DNA of 63,610 nt, filler included, from Candidatus Woesearchaeota archaeon (GTDB taxonomy: Archaea > Nanobdellota > Nanobdellia > Woesearchaeales > J072): assembly GCA_003695265.1 (NCBI GenBank). It is 8 parts of 8 records of this genome, joined end to end, with 100 filler letters (N's around TTAATTAATTAA, not from the genome) between each part and the next. Parts side by side here need not be neighbours in the genome. Positions count along the whole stretch, not along the records: positions 1 to 6,754 come from RFII01000013.1; positions 6,855 to 9,551 come from RFII01000014.1; positions 9,652 to 12,187 come from RFII01000015.1; 5 more parts are not named here. One strand, given 5' to 3'. The position numbers and the translations under genes are program-made. The notes beneath the pieces were generated by a model. That model made no database searches. It was not told the DNA's origin and saw only the letters and a list, made by a program, of their open reading frames with translations. This document shows, piece by piece, positions 1-9,922 of this stretch (the stretch's first letter is position 1; each line of letters starts with the position of its first letter).

Positions 1-509
1 ATGTAAAGGTAGTCCTTAAAAGTCTCCTCATTTATCCTGTCAATGTCTAAGTCTCCTTTTTCAATCTGAGCCGCAATCTTTCTTACAGCGTCAATAATCT
101 CTGATTTCCCGCCGTAAGCCATTGCAAAATTTACGATGTACTGCGTGTTCTCCTTTGTCATATCCATTAGTTTGCGCATTGACTCCTGAATATCCTCGGG
201 AAACATCCATGTCCTGCCGATAAAGTTAATCCTCACGTTTTCTGTTTTCAGCCTTTCATCATTTATTAGTTTCTTGAATTCAGTCCTGAAAAGCTCCATT
301 AAGTATTCAAACTCTTCTTTCGGCCTGTTGAAGTTCTCAACAGAAAAAGCATAAAGCGTTAATTCCTTAATCCCCAGATCCTTTGCCCACTCAAAAAGCT
401 TTTCAACCTTTCTTGCGCCCCACTCATGGCCTTTCCAAGGCTTCATCATAAGCTTTTTTGAGAAACGCCTGTTGCCGTCAAGAATAATTCCAATATGTTT
501 AGGTACCAT
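1..509 (-). CDS. uppS: Polyprenyl (undecaprenyl) diphosphate synthase, cis-prenyltransferase; runs off window start
   Basis: Manual translation MVPKHIGIILDGNRRF...GHEWG...LTLYAFSVENFNRPKEE...AMAYGG; cis-prenyltransferase motifs. Not in ORF track. Confidence 0.92.
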   Translation of the reverse strand, partial: MVPKHIGIILDGNRRFSKKLMMKPWKGHEWGARKVEKLFEWAKDLGIKELTLYAFSVENFNRPKEEFEYLMELFRTEFKKLINDERLKTENVRINFIGRTWMFPEDIQESMRKLMDMTKENTQYIVNFAMAYGGKSEIIDAVRKIAAQIEKGDLDIDRINEETFKDYLY

Positions 510-589
510 TATTTTAAAAGGTTAAAAAATATCATATTTAAATTTTGCCATGAAAAAATTAATAACATATGATAGATTAATTAGGTAAA

Positions 590-1270
590 ATGGAAGAAGC
601 AGACAAAATCCATGATGAAATTGTGAAAGAAGCAATTAGAGATGATGAAAAGCCAAAAGGGAAAGGCCCCATTATTTATATACTCTCAGTTTTCTTAATA
701 TTGTTGATGGTGCTCTGGATTATTCCAAACTATGCTATAAAGCTCGACCCAGAGCCAAAGAACATCCCAACAATTGAGGAGGTAATACCACCTGATCTTG
801 TGATAAATGACTCCATTCATAAGCTGGAATCAAACAGGGATTACAGGCTGTACGTAACTCCGAATGACCCTGTCGTGAAGAGGATAGCGTCAAAAATAGC
901 AACACAATCCTGCGGCTCAAACCGCATTTGCCAAGCAAAGGCGATGTTCTATTTTGTAAGAGACAACTTCAATTACGTCGGAGACCCTCCAGATGAGTAC
1001 ATCGAGACACTACTGGAGAGCCTTGTTTCAGGAGGCTCTGACTGCGACGGCCACGCAACAGCACTCGCAACTTTAGAAGAAGCAATAGGCGTCAACGCGC
1101 AATTAGTCTTCATACCAAGGCACGTTTTTGTCAGGATAAAGCTAGATGAAGCGCCAAAAAAGTACAAGCTAGATGACTGGATTTACTTAGACGCGACGTG
1201 CAAGCAGTGTGAATTCGGAGAAATCCCTTATCAGAATAAGGATAAGAGAAAGACTTTTCTGGAAGTATGA
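590..1270 (+). CDS. Membrane-anchored transglutaminase-like cysteine protease domain protein
   Basis: N-terminal TM helix; Cys-His-Asp motifs GSDCDGHA, HVFV, WIYLDAT. Confidence 0.8.
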   Translation: MEEADKIHDEIVKEAIRDDEKPKGKGPIIYILSVFLILLMVLWIIPNYAIKLDPEPKNIPTIEEVIPPDLVINDSIHKLESNRDYRLYVTPNDPVVKRIASKIATQSCGSNRICQAKAMFYFVRDNFNYVGDPPDEYIETLLESLVSGGSDCDGHATALATLEEAIGVNAQLVFIPRHVFVRIKLDEAPKKYKLDDWIYLDATCKQCEFGEIPYQNKDKRKTFLEV

Positions 1271-1351
1271 GTAAGGGTTCAAGGGGGCATTCTCCCATTG
1301 TAAATTAGCAAAGTTTTTAAATAGAATCAAATTTCCTCACAAAAACAGCGT

Positions 1352-1383
1352 TCCCTGAGACTATCCTTTCAGGATAGGAGGGT
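1352..1383 (+). promoter_or_regulatory. Putative uL1-binding autoregulatory leader hairpin overlapping the rpl1 Shine-Dalgarno
   Basis: CCCUGAGACUAUCCU-UUC-AGGAUAGGAGGG: 7-bp stem plus GAGAC/AGGAG internal-loop strands, just before the ATG at 1388. Confidence 0.55.
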
Positions 1384-1387
1384 AGAA

Positions 1388-2287
1388 ATGGACAAGAATG
1401 ATGTTACAAAAGCCTTGAAGAAGGCCAAGGAGCTTTCTAAGAAAAGGAATTTCAATCAGAGCATTGAGCTAATCGTGAATCTTAAAGGGCTTAACCTAAA
1501 GAATCCTGAGCAACAGGTTGAGACTTTCGCGCATTTGCATTTTGACACTGGCAAGAAGAAAAAAGTCTGCGCTTTTGCCGGCCCTGAATTAGCGCCAGAA
1601 GCAAAGAAGGTCTGCGACAAAGTAATAACTCAGCAAGAATTTGAAAGCATAGCAAAAGACAAAAGGGCTGTTAAGAAGCTCGCAAGAGAATTTGACTTCT
1701 TCATAGCGCAGGCAAACATAATGGCTCAGGTAGCAAGCAGCTTTGGCCGCTTTTTAGGGCCAAAGGGTAAAATGCCAAACCCAAAAGCGGGATGCGTTGT
1801 GCCTCCCAAAGCAAACTTGAAGCCGCTGTATGATAATCTTCAGAAAACAGTAAAGCTGACAGCAAAAACGCAGCAGTTAATACAGTGCATTGTAGGCTCT
1901 GAAGCAATTGATGATGAGAAAACAGTTGATAATATTATGGCTGTTTACAATCATTTAATCCACCAGCTTCCGAACGAGGAGAATAATGTTAAATCAGTCT
2001 TCATAAAGCTTACAATGGGGCCAAGCGTACAGGTAGGCGCGAAAGATGATGCTCAGAAGAAAAAAGCCCCACAGGAAAAGAAAGAAGAAACTGAGGAAAA
2101 GAAAGCAGAAGAAAAGCCAAAAGAAGAAGTGAAAGAAGAGCAAAAGGCAAAAGAAGAACATAATGAGAAGATATCAAAATCAGAAAAAGAAGAAAAGAAA
2201 CCAGAGCAAAAGAAAGAAGGAAAAGCAGCAAAAAAGGAAGATAATAAAGAAGACAATATGAAAGAAGAAAAGTCAGATAAGGAATGA
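1388..2287 (+). CDS. rpl1: 50S ribosomal protein uL1 with long Lys/Glu-rich C-terminal tail
   Basis: KRNFNQSIELIVNLK, GRFLGPKGKMPNP, KLTMGP. Confidence 0.97.
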   Translation: MDKNDVTKALKKAKELSKKRNFNQSIELIVNLKGLNLKNPEQQVETFAHLHFDTGKKKKVCAFAGPELAPEAKKVCDKVITQQEFESIAKDKRAVKKLAREFDFFIAQANIMAQVASSFGRFLGPKGKMPNPKAGCVVPPKANLKPLYDNLQKTVKLTAKTQQLIQCIVGSEAIDDEKTVDNIMAVYNHLIHQLPNEENNVKSVFIKLTMGPSVQVGAKDDAQKKKAPQEKKEETEEKKAEEKPKEEVKEEQKAKEEHNEKISKSEKEEKKPEQKKEGKAAKKEDNKEDNMKEEKSDKE

Positions 2288-3603
2288 AAATGGCTCACGT
2301 CGCAGACTACAAAAAAGAAATCGTGAAGAAATTTGAGAGATTAATAGAAGAGTACCCAGTAGTGGGAGCCATAAACATGGAAAACTTGCCGACTCCCCAG
2401 CTTCAGAAGATGCGAGAGCAACTGCGCAGCAAAGTCGTCATATTAATGGGTAAGAGGAGGCTCATAAAAATTGCTATTGAAAACTCAAAGGAAAAGAAAA
2501 AAGGAATTGAAAAACTTGAGGAATACCTTGTCGGAATGCCAGCTTTATTGTTCTCAAAAGAAAACCCATTCACGCTTGCGAAAATAATCCAAAAGAACAA
2601 ATCAAGTGCGCCTGCAAAGGCAGGGCAGACAGCCCCAAAAGATATTGAGGTAAAAGCAGGGCCGACATCATTCAGCCCAGGCCCGATAATAAGCGAATTG
2701 GGCTCAATAGGCTTAAAAACAGTGATTGAAAACGGCAAAATAGCAATAAAGGAAGACACAGTTGTTGTCAAAAAAGGGGAAACCATTGATGCCAAGACAG
2801 CAAGCATTCTGACAAGGCTCGGAATTGAACCTATGGAAATAGGACTTGACCTAGTTGCTGTTTATGAGGACGGCGAAATAATAGTGAAAGACGTGCTTAT
2901 GATAGATGAGAAGGAGTACCTTAACAAGATATATACTGCTGCGAATGACGCTTACAGGTTATCCATAGGCATTGCTTACCCGACAAAGGACAATATTGAG
3001 CAATTAATCAAAAACGCGTTTATTGATGCAAAAACAATTGCTTTGGAGCAGAATATTATCTCAGATGCTGTGATTAATGAACTATTGGCAAAGGCCAGCG
3101 CCCAGGGCAATGCTGTTAAGGAAGCTGCAAAGTACGAGCCTGAAGCAACGCAGCCTGTCGAAGAGAAGAAAGAAGAACCCAAAGCAGAAGAAAAAAATAG
3201 TGAAGAAGCGCCGCAGGCTGAAAAAGAAAAAACAGAAGACACAAAAGAAAAAGTGAAAGAAGAGCAAAAGGCAGAAGAAAAAAAGGAGGAAGCCAAAAAA
3301 GAAGAACCCAAAAAAGAAGTGCAGAAAGAAGAAGTACAGCAAGACAAGAAAGAAAAAGCAGAAGTTCCTGAGCCTGAAGAAAAGGAAAAAGAAGAAAAGC
3401 CCGCTGAAGAAAAAAAGCAGGAAACAGAAGAAAAAGATAATGCTCCTAAAGCAGAAGAGGCAAAAAAAGGGATTAAGGAAGAGCAGAAAGTAGAAGTTAA
3501 AGAAAAGGAAGAGAAGCCACCAGGAAGGATAAAGGAAATGGACAAAAAGGCTGTTGAGCAGCGCGTTGAGGAAATCATGAAAGCTGCTGGCCGAAAATCA
3601 TAA
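2284..3603 (+). CDS. rplP0: 50S ribosomal protein uL10 (P0) with extended charged tail
   Basis: LQKMREQLR, APAKAGQTAPKDIEVKAGPTSFSPGP; follows rpl1. Confidence 0.97.
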   Translation: MKMAHVADYKKEIVKKFERLIEEYPVVGAINMENLPTPQLQKMREQLRSKVVILMGKRRLIKIAIENSKEKKKGIEKLEEYLVGMPALLFSKENPFTLAKIIQKNKSSAPAKAGQTAPKDIEVKAGPTSFSPGPIISELGSIGLKTVIENGKIAIKEDTVVVKKGETIDAKTASILTRLGIEPMEIGLDLVAVYEDGEIIVKDVLMIDEKEYLNKIYTAANDAYRLSIGIAYPTKDNIEQLIKNAFIDAKTIALEQNIISDAVINELLAKASAQGNAVKEAAKYEPEATQPVEEKKEEPKAEEKNSEEAPQAEKEKTEDTKEKVKEEQKAEEKKEEAKKEEPKKEVQKEEVQQDKKEKAEVPEPEEKEKEEKPAEEKKQETEEKDNAPKAEEAKKGIKEEQKVEVKEKEEKPPGRIKEMDKKAVEQRVEEIMKAAGRKS

Positions 3604-3634
3604 TCAATGGAGGTAATTTTTGGAGGTATTAAAG

Positions 3635-3949
3635 ATGGAATACATCTATGCTGCAATGCTTTTACACAAAGCCGGACAAAAAATCGATGAAGATTCAGTC
3701 AAGAAAGTCTTAGAAGCAGCCAATGTCAAGCCTGACACAGGCCGCATTAAGGCGTTAGTCGCTGCTCTTGACGGAGTAGATATTGACAAAGCAATAAGCG
3801 AAGCAACTGTTGCTGCAGCTCCAACAGCTGCTCCAACAGCTGCTCCTGAAAGCGGAGAAAAAGGAGCTGAGAAGAAAGAAGAAAAGCCAAAAGAAGAGAA
3901 AAAGTCTGCTGACGAAGCAGCAGCAGGCTTAGGCGCTCTTTTTGGTTAA
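3635..3949 (+). CDS. rpl12: 50S ribosomal stalk protein P1/L12
   Basis: [11 protein letters not shown]...[16 protein letters not shown] upstream of ATG 3635. Confidence 0.97.
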   Translation: MEYIYAAMLLHKAGQKIDEDSVKKVLEAANVKPDTGRIKALVAALDGVDIDKAISEATVAAAPTAAPTAAPESGEKGAEKKEEKPKEEKKSADEAAAGLGALFG

Positions 3950-4003
3950 GAATTCTTCTTTCTTATTTTTTTGCTTTGCTTTTTGCAGATAACGTGAGAG
4001 GAC

Positions 4004-4900
4004 ATGCTATCAGAATCAGAGAAGAAAGAACTGGTTAAGGAGCTTGCAAGTCTTAGAAAGGAAATACAGTCCCTTAAGAAAGAGCTTAATGAGATTGACA
4101 AGCAGAAAGAATCATGGTTCAATGAAAAGAACGAGATAGGCAAGAAAATTGCCGAGCTTATTTCTGAAGTTAAAGAATCAAAGAAGAAAAGGAACAAAAT
4201 AACTGACAACGTCAAGGAGCTTAAAAAGAAAAGGGATGCGCTGAACGACCAGATAAAAGAGAAGATTGAGGAGGTAAAAAAGCTGCGCTCTGAAAGAGAC
4301 GCTGTCGCAAAGAAGAAAAAGATAAAAGGAAGTCCAAAGCTTATCAAAGAGAAAATTGAAAAGCTTGAAATGTCTGTCGAAACAGAGGCTATGTCTTTTG
4401 AGCAGGAACAGAAAGTAATGAAGAAGATAAAAGAATTAAAAAAAGAGTATGAGGGAATGGGGGAATTCGCTAAGGTGTTCGACAAGATAAGCGAGCTTTC
4501 AAAAGACATTGACAAGCTGAAAAAAGAGGCTAAGAAGCTTCACGGCAACATCCAAACAGAAGCTGCTGAGTCACAAAGAGAGCATGAAAGCCTAATTGAG
4601 AAGTCAAAAGAGGTTGACGAGCTCAAAAAGAAAGAGGAGGAAGCATACAAAAAATTCTTTGAGTTCAAGCAAAAGTTTGTTGAAACAAACACAAAACTAA
4701 AAGAAAAACTGACAAGGATAAACGAGATAAACAAAAAGCTGGAAGAAGACAAAAAAGAGAAGAGCAAGGAAAAGAAGAAGATAGAAACAAAGAAACTAAT
4801 GGATAAGTCAGAGGAAGTTGAAGATAAAATTAAGAAGAGAAAGAAGCTAACAACTGAAGACCTGTTAATATTCCAAAAAGCCCAAATGAAAGAAGATTAA
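4004..4900 (+). CDS. Archaeal coiled-coil protein (COG1340-like)
   Basis: Continuous heptad pattern; C-terminal [12 protein letters not shown]. Confidence 0.7.
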   Translation: MLSESEKKELVKELASLRKEIQSLKKELNEIDKQKESWFNEKNEIGKKIAELISEVKESKKKRNKITDNVKELKKKRDALNDQIKEKIEEVKKLRSERDAVAKKKKIKGSPKLIKEKIEKLEMSVETEAMSFEQEQKVMKKIKELKKEYEGMGEFAKVFDKISELSKDIDKLKKEAKKLHGNIQTEAAESQREHESLIEKSKEVDELKKKEEEAYKKFFEFKQKFVETNTKLKEKLTRINEINKKLEEDKKEKSKEKKKIETKKLMDKSEEVEDKIKKRKKLTTEDLLIFQKAQMKED

Positions 4901-5112
4901 TCCTTTTTCTTGAATTCCACGTAGCTACACTTACCGCAAGTCAACCTGTCTTTGTGCTCGGCTAAGTAAGCTGAAGTTCCGCATTTAGGACAGAACTTGT
5001 TCTTGCGCTCAACCCTGTCACCAGAAACAGCGTATTTTTCCCAAAGCTTTCTCAAATGCTTTTTTGGCTTTGGCTTTTTCCCTTTTGATTTTGATGTTTT
5101 TCCTTTTGCCAT
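4897..5112 (-). CDS. rps27ae: 30S ribosomal protein eS31 (S27ae)
   Basis: [19 protein letters not shown] zinc finger. Confidence 0.96.
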   Translation of the reverse strand: MAKGKTSKSKGKKPKPKKHLRKLWEKYAVSGDRVERKNKFCPKCGTSAYLAEHKDRLTCGKCSYVEFKKKD

Positions 5113-5119
5113 AGTCTAA

Positions 5120-5548
5120 TCACTCCTTGTTATGAGGATTCTTATTTTCTTCTGGTTTCTCCTCAGCACTTTCTTTGCTGCCGGAGTCCTCATTTTTTTC
5201 AGTCTGAGGCTTTTCTTCCTTCTGAGCATCACCTTCTTTCTTCTGCTCAGCAGGCTTCTCTTCTTCTGAGCCCTTTGACTTTGGCTGCTGCCTTTTCATC
5301 ATGTACTCCGATTCTAGGATGTCTTCTTTCTTCTTGTAAACATTTGCGCTCACAGTTGCCTTATTAAAACCATACTGAGTGGAAATCTTTGTTATAATTA
5401 TTAATTCTTGGTCCGTATTTAATTGTGATGCGAGAGCTTTCTTGATGTCAACCCTTGAAGGAGTTGCACCCTCATAAGACAAGTCAGCTGTTAATTCAAC
5501 CCTGTTCATTAGAGGTTGTTCTTTCTGAGATGTTATACTAAGATTCAT
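5120..5548 (-). CDS. rps24e: 30S ribosomal protein eS24 with charged tail
   Basis: PLMNRVE, ATPSR, TQYG; conserved position before rps27ae. Confidence 0.93.
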   Translation of the reverse strand: MNLSITSQKEQPLMNRVELTADLSYEGATPSRVDIKKALASQLNTDQELIIITKISTQYGFNKATVSANVYKKKEDILESEYMMKRQQPKSKGSEEEKPAEQKKEGDAQKEEKPQTEKNEDSGSKESAEEKPEENKNPHNKE

Positions 5549-5553
5549 TTAAT

Positions 5554-5742
5554 TCACCTTACCTTAATAGCGTATTCACCCTTGATTGTTATATTTATTT
5601 TCTTAGCAATTTTTGATTTGTTTGGATCCAGAATGTAAATCCTGCCGTTCCAGTTTGTGGTAAGCTGGTCGCTTTTGCAAATCGGGCATTCGCTGCCCTT
5701 AACAAAGATCTTACATTTTTTGCATGCTTTTTTCTTGCTCAT
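5554..5742 (-). CDS. spt4: Transcription elongation factor Spt4 (RpoE'')
   Basis: ACKKCK..CPICKS..W.G, SKIAKK, GEYAIKVR. Confidence 0.95.
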   Translation of the reverse strand: MSKKKACKKCKIFVKGSECPICKSDQLTTNWNGRIYILDPNKSKIAKKINITIKGEYAIKVR

Positions 5743-5756
5743 CAGATCACCTTTGA

Positions 5757-6353
5757 TTATTTAGAGGGGTTCTTTCCAGCTTTTTTCTCGGTTTTTTTTG
5801 CAGAGTCTTTCTTGCCTGATGTTTCCTCAGATTTCAGCCACTCAAGCTTGCCAAGACCCTGCTGCCTCATTGTCAAGCCGAGCTTAGGGTTGGTTATGTC
5901 TTTGTGGCTGACTGCAATTATTCTGGCGCGGCAATTATCCCCAACTTTTAGGCTCCTCTTTGATTCCTTTCCAATCAAGACTTTGTCTTTGCTGAATGAA
6001 ACAAAATCGTCCATTGTCTGCGAAACATGAATCATCCCCTCAATTGGGCCTATGTTTATGAACGCTCCGAAATCAGCAATGTCCTTTATTGTTCCCAAAA
6101 CGACTTCCTGAAGCTGCGGCTTGAATGTCAAAAGGTCAAATACAGTCTCATAATAAGGAGCGCCGTCACCAGGTATGATAGTGCCGTCCTTAATGTCATT
6201 GACTTTTGTCACGTCTATAACAATCCCCAAGTCCTTTGATATAAAGCCGCTGTACTTTTTCTTTATCTGCTCAATAACAGCATCTTCTACGCTTTTCTCA
6301 AAAAGGCTTGGAGGTACGCGAATATGATCTTTTACCTCTGCAATGAAAAACAT
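5757..6353 (-). CDS. rpoE1: RNA polymerase subunit Rpo7 (E')
   Basis: IRVPP, IIPGDGA, FGAFINIGPIEGMIHVSQ, LTMRQ.GLGK. Confidence 0.96.
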   Translation of the reverse strand: MFFIAEVKDHIRVPPSLFEKSVEDAVIEQIKKKYSGFISKDLGIVIDVTKVNDIKDGTIIPGDGAPYYETVFDLLTFKPQLQEVVLGTIKDIADFGAFINIGPIEGMIHVSQTMDDFVSFSKDKVLIGKESKRSLKVGDNCRARIIAVSHKDITNPKLGLTMRQQGLGKLEWLKSEETSGKKDSAKKTEKKAGKNPSK

Positions 6354-6360
6354 TTTTTTA

Positions 6361-6754
6361 TCACCTTACCAGCTTCAAATATTTTTTTTGGGTTAGGGTA
6401 ATTATTGCAACTCCTTTGTTAAGAAGTTTCTTTTTCAACTCCTTATCCTGAGTTGCAACGATAAAATCCTGCGTTGTCGCAGTTTCAATAATTAAATCAT
6501 CTACTGATTGGAAAACGCCTCTTTTTTTATTCTTTTCTGTTTTTGCTGTCAAAACATTCTTTGCCTTCAGCAAAGAAACAGCAAGTTCTGCAGCCCTTTT
6601 ATGGGCTCCTTTCTGCGTTTCGGCTATTTTTAGGAGCTCTTTCATTGTTTCTGGTATTATAAAAAGCTTATAATTAAAATAACAAATTCTATCAAGCTCT
6701 TTGAAGATATCAACGCCGAATTGTCCTGGAACAAGCAGAAAGTTTGTGTCAAGC
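6361..6754 (-). CDS. PIN-domain ribonuclease (Fcf1/Utp24-like), 5' truncated at contig end
   Basis: Frame open to contig edge: LDTNFLLVPGQFGVDIF...VDDLI...VATQDKELKK. Confidence 0.88.
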
Positions 6755-6854
6755 NNNNNNNNNNNNNNNNNNNNNNNNNNNNNNNNNNNNNNNNNNNNTT
6801 AATTAATTAANNNNNNNNNNNNNNNNNNNNNNNNNNNNNNNNNNNNNNNNNNNN
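6755..6854. other. Artificial contig linker (N44-TTAATTAATTAA-N44); same linker at 9552-9651, 12188-12287, 36481-36580, 39496-39595, 44615-44714, 57768-57867
   Basis: Identical 100-nt spacer containing an all-frame-stop 12-mer. Confidence 0.99.
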
Positions 6855-7731
6855 ACCAAAAAAAGTAGAAGTAATTATCTTAATATTCCTAACAGGATTT
6901 ATTGGTATTATACATCCATTAATAACAAAGCCTTTGATAAAAACAAGTTTCGGGTTTTACAGGTTTTCGATCATATTAAACCTTTCAAGAGTTTTATTGA
7001 TTACTTTTGGGTTTGTTTTGATATATGAAATTATAAAAAACAAGAAAGCTAGGCAAATCTTTATTTTTGCTTCTGTTCTTTTAGTAATGTTTCATTTCTT
7101 CAGTTATACTATGCCAACTTACAGGGAGAATAAATGGACAAAAGTAGGACAGGAAATGAACGCTGGAATTGGCAGCATGTTCGCAATGGCTGATTGGATT
7201 GAAAAAAACATACAAGATGATGGTGTGTTTATTTCGCCGCATGGAGAAACAGCTTTTGCTCTTAACGCGCTTACAGGCAAGAAGGTTATGCATATGAGGA
7301 TTACGCATGCAAACCCTTTCGTTGACTCAAACAAAAGGATTGCAGAAGCAGCGGTTATCTTGTATGGAAATAATAGTGAAGAGATAAAAAGGCTGCTAAA
7401 AAAGTATGATGTAAAATATTTATATGAGGATCAGTACTCATTTCAAAGCCAGAAACAATGCCTAGAAAACTGGGCGCTTTTTGACACAGAAGAATTTGGT
7501 GATATGAGTTATAATTGCTTGAGAACAACGCCAGAATACAAAAAATATCTGCAAGCCAACGGAATTCAGGTAAAGAAAGTGCATGCAAGGCTGGATGTTG
7601 CGAGCAATAAAGCACCAAAATTTGATTTGATAGCAATAAAGCCGGGAAAAAGCTTGTTAAAGAAGAAAGTGTTGCAACGAGCATTAATACAAAACACAAC
7701 CATTATCAGTGTGTCAGAGATTTCTATTTAA
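6855..7731 (+). CDS. Membrane protein C-terminal part, probably GT-C/glycosylation related (5' partial)
   Basis: Frame open from contig edge; TM helices then soluble domain (ALNALTGKK...LLKKYDVKYLY); next to GT2 genes. Confidence 0.5.
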
Positions 7732-8425
7732 ATAAAGATTTAAAATAAAGAACCACGTGGCGCCTGCTAATCTTTGATTCCCCTCTTTTTCGCAATCCAA
7801 ATTGGTAATTAACATACCCTATTTTCTTTGACCTGTTAATCTGTTTGAGAAGATCAAACAACACCTTATATCCTCTAGGCTCAAACTTGTGCTCTGCTTT
7901 TGAGATAACCTCTTTAAACAAGTCTGATCTTACACCAAAAAAACCAGACACGACGTCTTTTACGTAAATTCCTTTTAACAATAGCCGAAGTTGTCCTAAG
8001 ATTATGGCTGTTTTAGACATCAGTTTCCTATGCCATGGCCACTTAGCAAGAATTTTTTCCCTGCACCCTATAACAATGTTATAGCCATTTCTTAATTTCT
8101 CAATAATCTCTTTAATTTTTTCTGGGGGATGCTGCATGTCAGCGTCTGTAACAACAATAAATTCTGTTTTCACTGTTTTTGCGGCGTCTATTACTCTGAT
8201 AGTAAGGCCTTTTACTTTTTGTTTTGAGCGGTCAAGAACAATAAAGTTTGGATTCCCATAATTCCTTACAATGTCCTGCGTCTTATCCTTTGAGCCGTCA
8301 TCACTAACTATAATATTTATTCCTGGGTATAATTTGTCAAGAATTCTCAGCATTTCACCTATGTTTTTTTCCTCGTTCAAGGTTGGTATTATTACTGTAG
8401 TATCTCCAAAGTCCATAATTAACAA
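7724..8425 (-). CDS. GT2 polyprenol-phosphate glycosyltransferase (Dpm1-like)
   Basis: IIPTLNE, DDGSKDKT, DADMQHPPE, D.VSGFF, R..GESK. Confidence 0.9.
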   Translation of the reverse strand: MLIMDFGDTTVIIPTLNEEKNIGEMLRILDKLYPGINIIVSDDGSKDKTQDIVRNYGNPNFIVLDRSKQKVKGLTIRVIDAAKTVKTEFIVVTDADMQHPPEKIKEIIEKLRNGYNIVIGCREKILAKWPWHRKLMSKTAIILGQLRLLLKGIYVKDVVSGFFGVRSDLFKEVISKAEHKFEPRGYKVLFDLLKQINRSKKIGYVNYQFGLRKRGESKISRRHVVLYFKSLFK

Positions 8426-8553
8426 AGATGTACCAATGTTGTATATAAAACTTTTGACGAAGTAAAAATTTATTTAAAAATTTAAAAATCCTGCAAAAAC
8501 CGATACTTTTTTTAACTTTGATAATAATTATAAAATTATAATTCAAGGAGGGA

Positions 8554-8907
8554 TTGGTTATGGTTATAACAAAAACAGGTGCTATAATTATTGTCTTGTT
8601 TTGCGCGTTTTTAGGAGCCGGAGGACAAATATTTTTCAAGCTTGCCTCAGAAAACCTTAATTTCAACATAATTTCCTGGCTGACAAACTATAAGCTGATA
8701 ATAGGGTTGTTTCTTTATGGGATTGCAACAGTCCTCTTTGTATACACTTTAAAATTTGGCGAAGTTTCGCTGCTTTATCCAATAATTGCCACAAGCTACA
8801 TTTGGGTGAGCATATTCGCAGTGCTATTCTTAGGAGAGCACATGTCAATATATAAATGGTTAGGGATATTAATGATAATCAGCGGTGTTAGTTTAGTAAT
8901 CAAATGA
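8554..8907 (+). CDS. EamA/SMR-type 4-TM transporter (ArnE/F-like, possible lipid-linked sugar flippase)
   Basis: GQIFFK, GEVSLLYPI, FLGE; four hydrophobic helices. Confidence 0.78.
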   Translation: MVMVITKTGAIIIVLFCAFLGAGGQIFFKLASENLNFNIISWLTNYKLIIGLFLYGIATVLFVYTLKFGEVSLLYPIIATSYIWVSIFAVLFLGEHMSIYKWLGILMIISGVSLVIK

Positions 8908-9551
8908 AGACAATAGCTATTATACCTGCTTATAATGAAGAAAAAAACATAGGCAACGTTATAAGTGAGACAAAGAAATATGTAGATGAAGTTATCGTCG
9001 TTGATGACAACAGCAGTGATAAAACAACAGAAATTGCTAGAAGCAAAGCAGATGTTGTTATGAGGCATATTGTTAATATGGGTAAGGGAGTAGCATTGAA
9101 GACAGGATTTGAAGAAGCTATAAGAAGAAAAGCTGATTTTTTGGTTGCAATTGACGCAGATGGGCAGCACAAGCCGAAAGATATACCAAGGCTTTTGAAA
9201 GAGATAAATGAGGTTGATATTGTTATTGGCTCAAGGCTTCTGAATGAGAAAATGCCATTTGTGCAGAAAGCAGGAAATATATTCATACAGAAGATGTTTG
9301 AGCTGCTATTCAAAAAAAAAATAAGAGATACCCAGTCAGGATTCAGAGTTATAAGGTCAAAAGTGTATAAAAAGATTAAATGGGAAGCGCAGCAGTACGC
9401 TGTTGAGACTGAAATGCTTGTCAATGCGTGCAGGAATAATCTTAGGATTAAGGAAGTTCCTATCGAAACAATTTATTTAGACAATTATAAAGGAACAACA
9501 GTTTTTGACGGTATTAAAATATTTGTAAGAATGATTTTTTTGAAGCTGAGG
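8904..9551 (+). CDS. GT2 glycosyltransferase (DPM synthase-like), ends at contig edge
   Basis: IIPAYNEE, DDNSSD, GKG.AL, DADGQH, DTQSGFR. Confidence 0.9.
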
Positions 9552-9651
9552 NNNNNNNNNNNNNNNNNNNNNNNNNNNNNNNNNNNNNNNNNNNNTTAAT
9601 TAATTAANNNNNNNNNNNNNNNNNNNNNNNNNNNNNNNNNNNNNNNNNNNN

Positions 9652-9922
9652 AAAATTAGAAGAAAAAGTTAATGTATTAAGTCTTATTTTTAGAGATTTC
9701 AGTTTCAAAGAAAAGATAAGATTAATTCCTTTGTTAGCTTTATATTATATTCCAATAGCAATTAATCAACCGATTCAGCTAATAAGAGAAGTATATTTTA
9801 AAATGAGGGGAATTCCTTATAAATGGGTTTGTTCTGATGATGATAAAGATGATGTGTTTTTTGACCAATTGCGTTATTGCGTTAGAACGGACAAGCCTAA
9901 TAATTTAGGAATAAATTATTAA
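9652..9922 (+). CDS. Hypothetical protein, C-terminal fragment
   Basis: Frame open from contig edge to stop at 9922. Confidence 0.4.

Noticed and set aside
2976..4515. Long Ser/Phe-rich antisense ORFs (also 60306-60983)
   Set aside because: Shadows of Lys/Glu-rich sense genes.
6755..6854. Recurrent TTAATTAATTAA palindrome flanked by Ns (7 copies)
   Set aside because: Artificial contig linker; ORFs reading into it are artefacts and synteny across it is meaningless.
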